NCBI GenBank assembly: GCA_965207885.1 | Contig: OZ242311.1 | Coordinates: 5,024,001 to 5,088,000, forward strand | Source: Candidatus Latescibacterota bacterium | Lineage (GTDB): Bacteria > Latescibacterota > UBA2968 | Length of the DNA: 64,000 nt | Reading direction: 5' to 3' | In this document: piece after piece, positions 1-11,766 of the stretch | Layout of the letters: every line of letters starts with the position of its first letter | Numbering within the stretch: the stretch's first letter is position 1 | Translations under genes and position numbers: made by a program | The notes under the pieces: model-generated | Database searches by the model: none | Told to the model about the DNA's origin: nothing | The model's input: the letters and a program-made list of their open reading frames with translations, nothing else

Positions 1-362
1 AATGCTTCCAAACCTTCATAAGATTGGGGCACCTCGCCATCGTGTTCATCCAGCAAAATACGAGACAAATCGAAAATCGCCTGCGCTTTGCGAGGCGCCA
101 ACCCGCATGGACGAATAATGCCTTCGATTTCTTCAACCGACAGCGCAATCATTTTCTCTGGCGTATCTGCCCTGGCAAATAAAACCGGCGTCACCTGATT
201 GACCCGCACATCGGTACACTGCGCCGACAACAACACAGCGACCAGCAAGGTATAGGCACTCCCGTGTCTCAGCGATCCTTCGGGATCGGGATACAACTCA
301 TCTAAAATCTCAGCAATTCTTTCGGCTTTCTCGGCTTTACTAAAACGCTTTTTCAAATTCAT
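1..362 (-). CDS. nth: Endonuclease III (3' end runs off the window)
   Basis: Manual translation MNLKKRFSKAEKAERIAEILDELYP...LLVAVLLSAQCTDVRVNQVTP...IIRPCGLAPRKAQAI...HDGEVP; GGAG RBS upstream. Confidence 0.9.
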   Translation of the reverse strand, partial: MNLKKRFSKAEKAERIAEILDELYPDPEGSLRHGSAYTLLVAVLLSAQCTDVRVNQVTPVLFARADTPEKMIALSVEEIEGIIRPCGLAPRKAQAIFDLSRILLDEHDGEVPQSYEGLEA

Positions 363-381
363 TCTCCACACAAATTGAAAA

Positions 382-1533
382 CTAATCGCCCGTCTGCGGC
401 ACAAAGCCGCTGGGAGCTTTCACTTTATGGATAAACAACTGAATACCAATCGTCATCAGAATAACCATACTACCCATCAAATAGGGCAATCGCGCATTAA
501 AATACTCGGCAACAAGACCACCGAGGAGCGGACCAAATAAAAATCCACTCCCCACAATCGCTTCGTGAATACCCGTGCGACGACCTCCTGGACCTTCGGC
601 GTACAAACTGTAAAAAATACTCGCTGTAAACGTCACCCCAATAAGCCCGCCCAGCAGCAAAAAACCACATGCAAAAACAATCGGTTTTGTACCCATCCCG
701 ATCAAACCGAGGCCAAAAGCTCCCAAAAGCTGAGCAAAAATAATAGGTGACAGGCGAAATTGCCATCGATCTGTCCGCGACATAAAATAAAAAACCGCAA
801 GTTGGGTCAAAGCGATCAGCGCGAGCAAAAACCCCAGCAAATCCGGTGAAATGCCGAGATCCGTCGCCAATTTTGGAAAGAGCGCACGTATAAGCCCAAT
901 CACAAAAAACGTTGCAAAATTGGCCAGCAATGCAAGAGGAAAAAAATGTCCTGACGTCGCAACAACCGATCTTGTAGCCGCAACACCTGGCTCCGATTCC
1001 AAAATGGGAACGACGATCAGCCCCAGAAATAACAGAAACACAAAAAAGCCAGACAAAACAAATCCGCTAAACGGGTGGAACGCGAACAACACACCACCAG
1101 CGGCTGGGCCAACAAACACGCCCAATGTCCACGCCACATTGAATCGCCCCAAAGCGGGTAATAACATATCTCGCGATTTCCCGCGCCCAAGATAGGCTTG
1201 CATTGGGGGCCAATAATGTGCAATGGCAACAGCAGTAAGCACAGAAAGCACAACAAAATGCCAGATGCGATTGACGCCGATATATCCCACAAATGCCAGA
1301 AAAAGACAAAAACTCCCAATTCTCATAATCTGACGATAACCCATCCGGTCTGAAAGGCGGCCAGAAACGAGACTGGTCACAGAATAAGCCAATGCACCCC
1401 AGGCATTGATGTGCCCGAGATCGTCATAAGTCGCACCGAATTGCAGGGCGTATAATGGAACGCAAATGCCCACAATGGAAAAACAGCTATCCATTAAAAA
1501 GGCATTGACATACAAAAAAGTATCTTTTTTCAC
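382..1533 (-). CDS. MFS transporter
   Basis: About 12 hydrophobic segments; motif-A-like GRLSDRMGYR. Confidence 0.85.
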   Translation of the reverse strand: MKKDTFLYVNAFLMDSCFSIVGICVPLYALQFGATYDDLGHINAWGALAYSVTSLVSGRLSDRMGYRQIMRIGSFCLFLAFVGYIGVNRIWHFVVLSVLTAVAIAHYWPPMQAYLGRGKSRDMLLPALGRFNVAWTLGVFVGPAAGGVLFAFHPFSGFVLSGFFVFLLFLGLIVVPILESEPGVAATRSVVATSGHFFPLALLANFATFFVIGLIRALFPKLATDLGISPDLLGFLLALIALTQLAVFYFMSRTDRWQFRLSPIIFAQLLGAFGLGLIGMGTKPIVFACGFLLLGGLIGVTFTASIFYSLYAEGPGGRRTGIHEAIVGSGFLFGPLLGGLVAEYFNARLPYLMGSMVILMTIGIQLFIHKVKAPSGFVPQTGD

Positions 1534-1550
1534 AAAAGGAGATATCTCCT

Positions 1551-1580
1551 AAAAAAAAAGGGACTCAAAAGAGTCCCTTC
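1551..1580 (-). terminator. Intrinsic terminator after the TPR gene
   Basis: AAGGGACTC-TTTT-GAGTCCCTT followed by a long T tract on the minus strand. Confidence 0.75.
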
Positions 1581-1608
1581 TAATTTTTTACAAAAAGCAT
1601 TGTGCTAC

Positions 1609-2805
1609 TTACTGTGCCTCTTCTTCTCCACCGCCCATTGGATTGAGGATGCGATCAATCTGGTCTTCGGCGTATTTCTTGTATTGGCGATTCCCAAGTG
1701 CTTTTTTGTAATGAGCAATCGCTCTTTCTTTTTGACCAAGCTCGCGATAACAATCGCCCAGAATGACATTGGCGGGCACTTTCCATTTAGACGAAGACAC
1801 GGCTTTATTGGCGTGCCTGATGGCATTTTGGTATTGCTTGAGTCCAAAATAAGGCTCAGATATCCGATAATTTGCCTCGGCTGTATTCTTAATGCCCAGT
1901 GCCCTTTTGTAGGAAGCAACAGCATTTGTGTACTGTCTGGCATCTGAATAGGCTTTGCCAAGTGCTGTGTGAACCGTTGCATTTTTGGGGTCAACCTGTG
2001 CCGCTTTTGAAAGCACGGAAATCGCTTTGCTATTTTGCTTCATCGCCTGATAGACCGCTGCCAGGCTCAAACGAGACCTTGTATCTTTTGCGTCGGCTTG
2101 AATCGCATTTAAGTACGCCCTTGCTGCACTGCTATTTTTGCCGGTCGCCTTGAAGAGATCTCCTAAACCGCGATGGGCTTTGCCATAGTTCGGATCTAAC
2201 TCAATGGCGGTTTCAAGTGCTTCGCGTGCGGCATTTACACTGCGAGCATTTCTATGAGCCAATCCCAAATTGTAAAATACGGTCGCATCCGAAGGATCGA
2301 CTTGCGTGGCACTTTCATACTGACCCGCTGCAGCCTTGTAATTGCGCCGTTTGAACAACATAGTGCCTTCTTGAAGATAAGCCACCTTTAACCTATCCCG
2401 TGCTTTGCCGTCGGCAAAACTGGGATCAATCGACAGCACCTTTTGCATGCTCGCCTGGGCACCTGTATAGTCTTTGGTCTGCAATTGCAATTCGCCCATC
2501 TCAAAATAAGCGGCTGCGTAATCCGTCTTGATTGAAGTCGCCATTTGATAAGCTTCTATGGCCTTTGTGTAATTGCGGAGCTTTCGATATGTCGTGCCTA
2601 TCGCGCGATATGCCTGCGCGTTTTTAGCATCAATTTTTACAGCCTCTTCAAAGGCTACGAGAGCTTTTTGATACTGTCTTTTTTTGTATAATTCCTGTCC
2701 AGAATTGTATTTTTCAGCCGATTCGGGACTCACAACCTGTGCAAGGGCAGAGCCAGCCATTAGCACAGACAGTGAAAGCATCGCAAGGAAGGAACGCATG
2801 GACAT
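1609..2805 (-). CDS. Exported tetratricopeptide-repeat protein
   Basis: Signal peptide MSMRSFLAMLSLSVLMAGSALA and many TPRs; start at 2805 chosen from AGGAG RBS. Confidence 0.85.
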   Translation of the reverse strand: MSMRSFLAMLSLSVLMAGSALAQVVSPESAEKYNSGQELYKKRQYQKALVAFEEAVKIDAKNAQAYRAIGTTYRKLRNYTKAIEAYQMATSIKTDYAAAYFEMGELQLQTKDYTGAQASMQKVLSIDPSFADGKARDRLKVAYLQEGTMLFKRRNYKAAAGQYESATQVDPSDATVFYNLGLAHRNARSVNAAREALETAIELDPNYGKAHRGLGDLFKATGKNSSAARAYLNAIQADAKDTRSRLSLAAVYQAMKQNSKAISVLSKAAQVDPKNATVHTALGKAYSDARQYTNAVASYKRALGIKNTAEANYRISEPYFGLKQYQNAIRHANKAVSSSKWKVPANVILGDCYRELGQKERAIAHYKKALGNRQYKKYAEDQIDRILNPMGGGEEEAQ

Positions 2806-2913
2806 GGGGAATCTCCTGTATTTTGAACCTTTACAAAGACTTAAAATTCGGATTAGGCAATATATATTGTAAAATTTCGGCGTATATGTCAAGTATTGTT
2901 TACATATTTACAC

Positions 2914-2950
2914 AAAAAAGGCCATTGTACACCCTGCACAATGGCCTTTC
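2914..2950 (-). terminator. Intrinsic terminator after tonB
   Basis: AAAGGCCATTGT...ACAATGGCCTTT hairpin plus T tract. Confidence 0.75.
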
Positions 2951-2974
2951 GCAAATCAAAATAGCCACCTTACC

Positions 2975-3622
2975 TTAGTTCAAGCGGAAAGACATCGGCT
3001 GTGTCATCCAAACAGAAACCGGCTTGTCATTTTGTTGGGCTGGTTCAAACCTGAATTGCAGAACAGCATCAATCGCCGCTTGACGGAAAATTTCTTGACC
3101 TCTAAGTACAGTCACATTGCTTACCCGACCATTCTTATCAACCAAAAACTTCAAAAACACTTTTCCAGTCAACCCGGCTTTGCGGGCAATTTCAGGATAT
3201 TTAGGATTTACCTGATGTTTGACTTTTGGTTTTTGCTCAACCATATAAAACTCGAGGATTTCTTCTTCTTCCTCATATGAACCCGGCGGCGGTGGCGGCG
3301 GCATATCGACCATTGCATCGTCAAAATCGAGATCAGTACTCTCAATAGTCACGTCATCGGGCACATCGTCGCTCTCTGTTTCAATTGGCACAGCAGGTCG
3401 CGGCGGCGGCGGTGGACGTTTAATCTGACGGGTTTCTGGAATATCCACATTTTCAATAATGATCTGTTTCTTCTTGCGATCACTCGCAGAGGCTTCAAAA
3501 GTTGGAAAAATCACAGCCACGGCGGTGTGCAGGACAAACGTGACCAATGTGCAATATCCAAAAACCTTATTATAAGAACGTCGCAAATCGGCTTCTGGTG
3601 CTTTTCCCCGAATCATTGCCAT
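2975..3622 (-). CDS. tonB: Energy transducer TonB
   Basis: N-terminal TM with His, Pro-rich linker, YPEIARKAG TonB C-terminal domain. Confidence 0.9.
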   Translation of the reverse strand: MAMIRGKAPEADLRRSYNKVFGYCTLVTFVLHTAVAVIFPTFEASASDRKKKQIIIENVDIPETRQIKRPPPPPRPAVPIETESDDVPDDVTIESTDLDFDDAMVDMPPPPPPGSYEEEEEILEFYMVEQKPKVKHQVNPKYPEIARKAGLTGKVFLKFLVDKNGRVSNVTVLRGQEIFRQAAIDAVLQFRFEPAQQNDKPVSVWMTQPMSFRLN

Positions 3623-3625
3623 AGC

Positions 3626-4033
3626 TTACCCCTCTCGGTTGGTCGCAAAGTTGATGCGCAGCGCATCGGCCTTGCGCAATTCTTCCATCACACTACTGAT
3701 CAATCCATAAGGCGCGCGGTAGTCACATTTGAGTGATACGACCATGCGGGGATCTTTGACACGGCGATCGTAAAAAATCCCGGCTATCTGATCGAGATTC
3801 GCCAGCTTGTCGTCAATATAGATTTTGCGATCAGCAGAAACCCATAGATAGTTGATGTGACGACGTTTCTTGAGTTCTTCGATTTTTTCGGCCTTGGGCA
3901 TAATAATGCCCGTCACGCGGTAGCGGACAAAAACCGTAGATACCATAAAGAAAATGAGCAGCAAAAAAGTAATGTCGGCCATAGACCCGGTGGGGATGCT
4001 GTGTGAGACACCACCTTTTTTCTTAAAATTCAT
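3626..4033 (-). CDS. exbD: Biopolymer transporter ExbD
   Basis: SMADITFLLLIFFMV motif. Confidence 0.9.
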   Translation of the reverse strand: MNFKKKGGVSHSIPTGSMADITFLLLIFFMVSTVFVRYRVTGIIMPKAEKIEELKKRRHINYLWVSADRKIYIDDKLANLDQIAGIFYDRRVKDPRMVVSLKCDYRAPYGLISSVMEELRKADALRINFATNREG

Positions 4034-4048
4034 GAAAACCTCCTGAAC

Positions 4049-4453
4049 TTACTCACTGGGCGAAGCGAGCGAAATTTTATCTGCCCCTGACAATTTAATC
4101 TCGTCGAGCACATCGATGAATTGCTCATAGGGCGTTTCTTCGTCTGCCTTTAATGAAATGATCAGCTTATCATTTTGCGCCAATCGCTGCTCAATATCTG
4201 CTCGAAGCATATTCAACGGGATACTCTGTTCCAAATTGATGAGAATATCCCCATTGACATTGACCCAGATGTTGCAAATATTCTTCTTCTGGATTTTCTT
4301 GGACTCGCCCGGCGGAGGCAAGTGCATACCAATACCCTTATCCTGGTTCATCGTGGTAGTCACCAGAAAAAACACCAGCAACAAAAATACGATATCAGCC
4401 ATAGACCCGGTGGGGATTTCAGGTGAAGATTTTTCGCGTCGCTGAAGGGCCAT
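4049..4453 (-). CDS. exbD: Biopolymer transporter ExbD (second paralog)
   Basis: SMADIVFLLLVFFLVTT motif. Confidence 0.9.
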   Translation of the reverse strand: MALQRREKSSPEIPTGSMADIVFLLLVFFLVTTTMNQDKGIGMHLPPPGESKKIQKKNICNIWVNVNGDILINLEQSIPLNMLRADIEQRLAQNDKLIISLKADEETPYEQFIDVLDEIKLSGADKISLASPSE

Positions 4454-4456
4454 GTT

Positions 4457-5077
4457 TTAGTCCTCCTTGCCGTAGCCCAACTGAATCAGGTCATCGACAA
4501 ATTGATTGGAACTTTCCTGGAGATCGATGATGATCTTGTCAATCTTTGACAGGAAGAAATTGTATGCAGCCTGTACTGGAATAGCAACCACCAGGCCCGA
4601 AGCTGTTGTAATCAAAGCTTCAGAAATACCACCGGCCACAACACTGGGATCAACATCGCCAGCAGCGGCAATATCGTTAAAAGCCCGGATCATACCCGAC
4701 ACAGTGCCAAGGAAGCCGACAAGAGGTGCCAGGTTTGCGACCGTGGAAAGCCACACGAGACCACGCTCGAGAAAAGCCATTTCGATAGCGCCGGATTCCT
4801 CAATCGACTTTTCCACATGTTCAATACCGCGATCCAAACGCAACAACCCTGCGTGCAACACCGTAGCGACCGGGCCGCGCGTATTGGAACACAACTCGGC
4901 AGCACCTTCTGGCCCATTCTGCTTGAGGGCATCCTGAAGCTCTACCATAAACTCTTTGGCATTGATGTGTGCCTTAAAAAGCGTGTAAAAGCGCTCAATC
5001 ATCACCACAACACCAAAAAACAACATCACCAGCAACGGATACATAAAGTTTCCGCCTTTAATAAAAAGATCAACCAT
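4457..5077 (-). CDS. exbB: MotA/TolQ/ExbB proton channel
   Basis: APLVGFLGTVSGMI and GISEALITTASGL motifs. Confidence 0.92.
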   Translation of the reverse strand: MVDLFIKGGNFMYPLLVMLFFGVVVMIERFYTLFKAHINAKEFMVELQDALKQNGPEGAAELCSNTRGPVATVLHAGLLRLDRGIEHVEKSIEESGAIEMAFLERGLVWLSTVANLAPLVGFLGTVSGMIRAFNDIAAAGDVDPSVVAGGISEALITTASGLVVAIPVQAAYNFFLSKIDKIIIDLQESSNQFVDDLIQLGYGKED

Positions 5078-5149
5078 GCCACATCTCCCAGGTTAGGTTA
5101 TGAATTACGTGTGAATGCGAAAAAAATGGATTAACAACACAAAAGCCCT

Positions 5150-6346
5150 TTACTTTTTACCTTCGGTTTCCACCTCCTCCTTTTTCTTTTTACTACCTTC
5201 AAAAAATTCTCGACGCTTCTTTTCTTCTTCTGTCAGGGGTGGATCAAGTGTCAGGATCATTGCGTTGGCATTGCCCTTCCACTGCGGGTCTTTCAACGCC
5301 CTTCGATACCATATCAAGGCATTGATCGAATCCTGTTTTGCACTTGAATTTTCCCACCTGTCAAAATAATGTTCGCCCCTCATAAAGGGGTACCTGCCAT
5401 TTTGGGGATCTTGTTTCAATCCCTTATTGACCCACTTGAGACTCTCGGTCAACACAGCCAGTTCTTCTATCACTCCCAAATTGTCGGGCTGCATAGCGTG
5501 TAATTTTTCAAGCCGACCAACCACCCAGCTTTCGGATTTACTCAACCTCTTGCCCAATTTAATGGTCTCTTCCAGAAAGAAAACACTCGAGACATCATTT
5601 TGATACAATTTTTCAAAGGCATCAAAGGCTTTATCATCATCGCCTCTCTGATCATACATACCCGCCAATTTTTCCAGCGTAGCATAATCATCGGGATTTA
5701 TCTCCAGCACTTTTTCCATTTCGGCCAGAGCTTCGTCCTCGCCGCCTGTTCGCAGATGTAATTTACCAATCATATCCCGCACTTCGGGATCATCGGGAGC
5801 CAATTCACCCCACTTTTTGGCATACTCCAATGCTTGTTCATAGTCTTCAGTTTCGACACTCAAACTGACCAGCGCGTGATAATATTTAATTTTTTCCTCT
5901 GCCGTGAGGTCAAATCCCAGCAACGCTTCATAAGCCCCAATGGCTTTATCGGGCTGTTCTTCTATAATATAGATGCGGGCCAATGCGATGTGTGCTATCT
6001 TCGTGTATTTGCTTTTGGGGTCGAGTTCAACAGCTTTGTGCAACCAGGTAATCGCATCTTCGTATTTTTCTATTTCTTCGTACAACTTACCCAGGTATCG
6101 AGCTGTTGTTGATCTTTTGGGATTAAAACCCCACGATTTCAAAAATTGCGTTTCGGCATCTTCATATTGCTTGCTCTTGAGGTATCGAGCACCAAAAGAC
6201 AGGTGTTGACTGGCCTTCTTAATAGAATCAGCCTGTGTCATCTCGGGTTCGCCATCTTCGGCAAAACAGATTGACGCTGTACCCAGAAGAAAAAAACTGC
6301 AAAACAAAGCCGAAAAACCAGATCGGAATTTCCAATTTAAAATCAT
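5150..6346 (-). CDS. Exported TPR protein, first gene of the exbBD-tonB operon
   Basis: Signal peptide and TPR repeats; start 6346 chosen from GGAG RBS. Confidence 0.8.
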   Translation of the reverse strand: MILNWKFRSGFSALFCSFFLLGTASICFAEDGEPEMTQADSIKKASQHLSFGARYLKSKQYEDAETQFLKSWGFNPKRSTTARYLGKLYEEIEKYEDAITWLHKAVELDPKSKYTKIAHIALARIYIIEEQPDKAIGAYEALLGFDLTAEEKIKYYHALVSLSVETEDYEQALEYAKKWGELAPDDPEVRDMIGKLHLRTGGEDEALAEMEKVLEINPDDYATLEKLAGMYDQRGDDDKAFDAFEKLYQNDVSSVFFLEETIKLGKRLSKSESWVVGRLEKLHAMQPDNLGVIEELAVLTESLKWVNKGLKQDPQNGRYPFMRGEHYFDRWENSSAKQDSINALIWYRRALKDPQWKGNANAMILTLDPPLTEEEKKRREFFEGSKKKKEEVETEGKK

Positions 6347-6477
6347 GGTCCCAATCTCCATACTATATGGGGATGAAAAATCGCGGAAAACGACACATAA
6401 CAGGCCGTTTTCCCTCCTTGAGAACAATATACAACCCACAGCAAAGAATAATGCGATTACAGGTACCAGGGCTGAAG

Positions 6478-6506
6478 AATCTAATGAATGAAAAAAAACC
6501 TGTCAA
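6478..6506 (-). promoter_or_regulatory. Sigma70-type promoter of the TPR-exbBD-tonB operon
   Basis: TTGACA-N17-TAGATT on the minus strand. Confidence 0.65.
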
Positions 6507-6745
6507 GCCAAAATCTGCTTCAAATTAAACGAAATATAAATCAATAGAGTTCCCGGTATATCCAACACTGCAACAATGTTTTATGAGGAGTGTTAATTAT
6601 CTCAGTTTTGAAAATGTAAGATAGCTAATTAACTAAGAGCAATATTAGAAGTTTGGGTTAATTAAAAATAAAAATATAAGCCGTAGAGATCGCTGTCAAC
6701 CCCTTTTCCAGAGACCATTGAGAACAAAATTCTATTTCACGCATA

Positions 6746-6774
6746 TTGACAGAACAAAAGAGAAGCGGTATATT
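6746..6774 (+). promoter_or_regulatory. Sigma70-type promoter for the guaB leader
   Basis: TTGACA-N17-TATATT. Confidence 0.7.
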
Positions 6775-6806
6775 TGGCAAATCCAATCGCAATTTGGAGA
6801 ACCATC

Positions 6807-6905
6807 ATGCACCAGAAGTTTTACACTTATTGTTGTCGCAAAAAACGGCGGGTTACACCGCCGCCAGGCCTCAGAGCGGAGTGTGTAACTGTGCCTGCCT
6901 CCTGA
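6807..6905 (+). CDS. Putative 32-aa leader peptide upstream of guaB
   Basis: GGAGA RBS; [32 protein letters not shown]; stop codon abuts the terminator. Confidence 0.5.
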   Translation: MHQKFYTYCCRKKRRVTPPPGLRAECVTVPAS

Positions 6906-6939
6906 ATCCCCTTGATGTGTCTGCGTCAAGGGGATTTTT
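6905..6939 (+). terminator. Intrinsic terminator (attenuator candidate) in the guaB leader
   Basis: AATCCCCTTGATG-loop-CGTCAAGGGGATT followed by T tract. Confidence 0.75.
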
Positions 6940-6996
6940 GTATTCGACTCAAAAGAGGGAAAATAATCCTCATCAACTTTCTCGACTTCACTATAG

Positions 6997-8493
<1,497 letters not shown>

Positions 8494-8498
8494 AACGA

Positions 8499-8566
8499 AT
8501 AGACGAACCCCGCCCAACCACCCAAAATCAGTGCGAACTCCATTAGCAGATTCGCTGATTCGCTGA
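8499..8566. repeat. Dispersed intergenic repeat, copy 1
   Basis: ATAGACGAA..CCACCCAAAATCAGTGCGAA..GATTCGCTGATTCGCTGA, similar to 62187-62247. Confidence 0.6.
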
Positions 8567-8606
8567 CCGGATGTCCTGAATTGCCATAAGTGCTGAGGAT
8601 AACACC

Positions 8607-10265
8607 ATGCCAGACCGCCCCAACATTCTCGTCCTCATGACCGACCAGCAGCGCGCAGATGCCATGGGCTGCGCTGGAAATACAACAATCCGCACGCCCA
8701 ACCTCGACGCGCTCGCCAGTTCAGGGATTCGCTTTGCACAGGCCGTCACGCCCACCCCCGTCTGCGTTGCTGCGCGCATGAGTTTTATCACCGGTCACAG
8801 AATGTCCCGACACCACTGGACAGACAACAGTGCGCTACCTGGTCCCTTACCCGAACTTCCCACCATCATGACGCTTCTTCTGCGCGCCGGGTACTGGACA
8901 CAGGGCATTGGGAAAATGCACTTTCACGGTCGGCACTACGGCTTCCGAAATCTCCTCACAATGGAAGAAGGCATCGATTATTGGGTCAATGACGACTACA
9001 TCCGCTATCTGCGAGAAAACGGTGTTCGCACCCGTTTTCCCAAAGGCATCCGCGACCTGCTCTTCTTCCAGCCCCAAACCTGTGGCATACCTGTTGAACA
9101 CCACAAAAATACCTGGGTCGCCAACCGATCCATTGACTTTCTCCGCGAACACACGCGCTACCGCGCCAATCAACCCTTTTTCCTGTGGAGTTCCTGGATA
9201 TCACCGCATCCGCCCTTTGCACCCTGCGAACCGTACGACGACATGTACGACCCCGCCGACATGGAACTTCCGCCCTTTGCCGACCGCCCTATCGAAACCC
9301 TGCCACCCAATTTTTACGGCAGCCGCGGACGTCTGGACGGTGCCCATCGCGATCCCGACCGCCTGCGCCGCCTGCGTGCCCTTTACTATGGCCTCATCTC
9401 TCATGTTGACGACGGCATTGGTCGCATTTTGAATGAACTCGAAACCCTCGGCCTATCCGATAACACTGTCGTCCTCTTTGTCTCAGACCACGGTGAAATG
9501 ATGGGCGAACACGGCCTCTCGCAAAAAAACTGCCCTTATGAATCCTCCGTCCGCATTCCATATCTCCTCCGCTGGCCCGGCAAAACGCGAGCGGGGCAAC
9601 AACGCGATGACCTCGTCAGCCTGCTCGACTTCTTTCCCACCCTCATAGAAGAACTCGACCTCCAGTACCCAGAAGAACACGGTCCGTTATCAGGAGCGAA
9701 TCTCCTCGGCACAACAGGTGGGGGCCTGGCAGAGCCTCGAGAATCCGCGATTATAGACTATGGCAAGGGCAAAGGACGCTGGATTTCAGCGCGCAACCAG
9801 AAACACAAATACGCCTTTTTTGCCCGCGGCGGAATCGAAGAACTCTACCACCTTGAAAACGATCCACACGAACAGCACAACCTCATCGCCGAAAACCCCG
9901 CATTGGCGTCAAAATTTCGCGATCAAATCACCGTCTGGGAACGACAATATGGCCTGAGTAATTCGCTTGACGGCGATAGGCTGCGCTCGTATCCCGGTCC
10001 GGCCCGCATACCCACAGAAGAAGAATGTCGCACGGTCAACCTCAACGACGGCCCCTGGCCCAAGCGCTTACCCGATGATGAAAAAGACAGTATCGAAACC
10101 TTTGCCGAAGCATTTACCCGCGCCATCAGCAAAGAAACCACCTTATCGCCCGACAAATTGAGCATCGGAAAATATAAAGAACAAGTGCTCAAACGCGGTC
10201 CCCGAGATATCGCCGCAGAATCGCTTGAAGGCACGCCGTGGGAAGACGCCTGGCACAACGCATAA
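8607..10265 (+). CDS. Sulfatase family protein (choline-sulfatase-like)
   Basis: RPNILVLMTDQQR, CVAAR, GKMH, PHPP, SDHGEM motifs. Confidence 0.92.
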   Translation: MPDRPNILVLMTDQQRADAMGCAGNTTIRTPNLDALASSGIRFAQAVTPTPVCVAARMSFITGHRMSRHHWTDNSALPGPLPELPTIMTLLLRAGYWTQGIGKMHFHGRHYGFRNLLTMEEGIDYWVNDDYIRYLRENGVRTRFPKGIRDLLFFQPQTCGIPVEHHKNTWVANRSIDFLREHTRYRANQPFFLWSSWISPHPPFAPCEPYDDMYDPADMELPPFADRPIETLPPNFYGSRGRLDGAHRDPDRLRRLRALYYGLISHVDDGIGRILNELETLGLSDNTVVLFVSDHGEMMGEHGLSQKNCPYESSVRIPYLLRWPGKTRAGQQRDDLVSLLDFFPTLIEELDLQYPEEHGPLSGANLLGTTGGGLAEPRESAIIDYGKGKGRWISARNQKHKYAFFARGGIEELYHLENDPHEQHNLIAENPALASKFRDQITVWERQYGLSNSLDGDRLRSYPGPARIPTEEECRTVNLNDGPWPKRLPDDEKDSIETFAEAFTRAISKETTLSPDKLSIGKYKEQVLKRGPRDIAAESLEGTPWEDAWHNA

Positions 10266-10308
10266 GCACTGAAAAAACCCATTCATATTAGATAGTCCGA
10301 TTAATCCC

Positions 10309-11052
10309 ATGCCAGACTACGCCACTTTTGAAAACCGCTTAAAAAATATCGCGCACCCCGACATTGGCCATCACATCATTGGCCATGTTCACGGTTATGC
10401 TTTTCATTGCCTCACAATTGGCAAACCCGCGCCATCAAAACCGAATATTCTCCTCTCGGCAGGTGTACACGGCGATGAACCCGCGGGGGTCGAAGCCATC
10501 CTTCAATTTCTCGAACGCGATATCGCAGATATAATCCAGCACTTTCACATCGTCGTTTTACCCTGTGTCAACCCTTCTGGATACGTCAACAACCAGCGAG
10601 AAAATATCCAGGGTGAAGACATCAATCGCGCTTTCAAAAACGAAGTCCCCGAATCCACCCTTTTCAAACAGCAGCTTGCGGGATATCGTTTTGACATCTT
10701 TCTCGACATGCACGAAGATTACGACGCAACAGGTACTTATTTTTACGAAGGCAAACGCGATAGCGCGTGGTTGGCCCCAGCCATCGCACAACAGGCAAAA
10801 AAAATTGGTCCCCTGGATGCGGATACCGCTGAAACCGATATCCCACTCGCAGAGGGCGTCTTGCAAATCGATCCCGCCTGGGGTGAAAGCGGTTTTACCT
10901 CTTATGTCTATATCCATCATGCCGGCCACGTCATGATCACTGAAACATCATCCAACTGGCCTATGGATAGGCGAGCTAAAGTACACCTGCTCGCCCTTGA
11001 TATGATCCTCGATCACTATTCGACGGCACTCAAAGGAGAACCACGTGAATAA
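10309..11052 (+). CDS. M14 metallocarboxypeptidase / succinylglutamate desuccinylase family
   Basis: HGDE, NPSG, DINR, DMHED, ITET. Confidence 0.85.
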   Translation: MPDYATFENRLKNIAHPDIGHHIIGHVHGYAFHCLTIGKPAPSKPNILLSAGVHGDEPAGVEAILQFLERDIADIIQHFHIVVLPCVNPSGYVNNQRENIQGEDINRAFKNEVPESTLFKQQLAGYRFDIFLDMHEDYDATGTYFYEGKRDSAWLAPAIAQQAKKIGPLDADTAETDIPLAEGVLQIDPAWGESGFTSYVYIHHAGHVMITETSSNWPMDRRAKVHLLALDMILDHYSTALKGEPRE

Positions 11053-11659
11053 CCCAGCATTCGAACCCATTGAAGATGACCCCGGCCTTCCCCGCGTACT
11101 GATCATTGGGGACTCCATCTCCATTGGCTATACCGTGCCCGTGCGCGAACTGCTCAAAGGCAAAGCCAACCTCCACCGCCCGCTCACCAACTGCGGACCG
11201 ACAAAGCGCGGCATAGAAGAAATCGAAAACTGGCTCAATGACGGTTCCTGGGATGTCATCCACTTCAACTGGGGCTTACACGACATCGTTCACATGAAAG
11301 AAAACGGAGAACGCGTTGATTCCCCGCAAGGCCAACACCAGGTGCCTGCCGACCAATACGAAGAAAACCTCGACACCCTGGTCAAACGCCTCGCACAAAC
11401 CGGTGCCAAACTAATCTGGTGCACCACCACACCGGTTCCCGAAGGCGCGTCCTTCCGCAAACCCGGCGACGAAGTTGAATACAACGCCATCGCACAAAAA
11501 GTCATGGCTGCACACGGCATTCCCACACATGACCTCTATACATACGCTATAGAACGCCTTGACGATATACAACTCCCCGCCAACGTGCATTTTTCAAAAG
11601 AAGGCTCTGCTACACTGGCTAAATCTGTTGCGCAACATATCCTGGATGTGTTGGCCTGA
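11045..11659 (+). CDS. SGNH/GDSL hydrolase
   Basis: GDSIS, FNWGLHD, NVHF. Confidence 0.9.
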   Translation: MNNPAFEPIEDDPGLPRVLIIGDSISIGYTVPVRELLKGKANLHRPLTNCGPTKRGIEEIENWLNDGSWDVIHFNWGLHDIVHMKENGERVDSPQGQHQVPADQYEENLDTLVKRLAQTGAKLIWCTTTPVPEGASFRKPGDEVEYNAIAQKVMAAHGIPTHDLYTYAIERLDDIQLPANVHFSKEGSATLAKSVAQHILDVLA

Positions 11660-11766
11660 GCTGCCTTAAAATTATCAGTAAGTCCTTGAAAATTAAAGCT
11701 CGGATGAGCTTTTGATGAAATTTTCATTGCAAATCCGGGCTTGTATTTTATCGCATTCCAACACGT

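Noticed and set aside
1609-6346. TPR-exbB-exbD-exbD-tonB-TPR cluster as a novel system
   Set aside because: A common arrangement in FCB-group bacteria
6840-6900. Possible tRNA, SRP RNA or purine riboswitch
   Set aside because: No cloverleaf or T-loop, no SRP tetraloop, no purine aptamer core; reported instead as a leader hairpin
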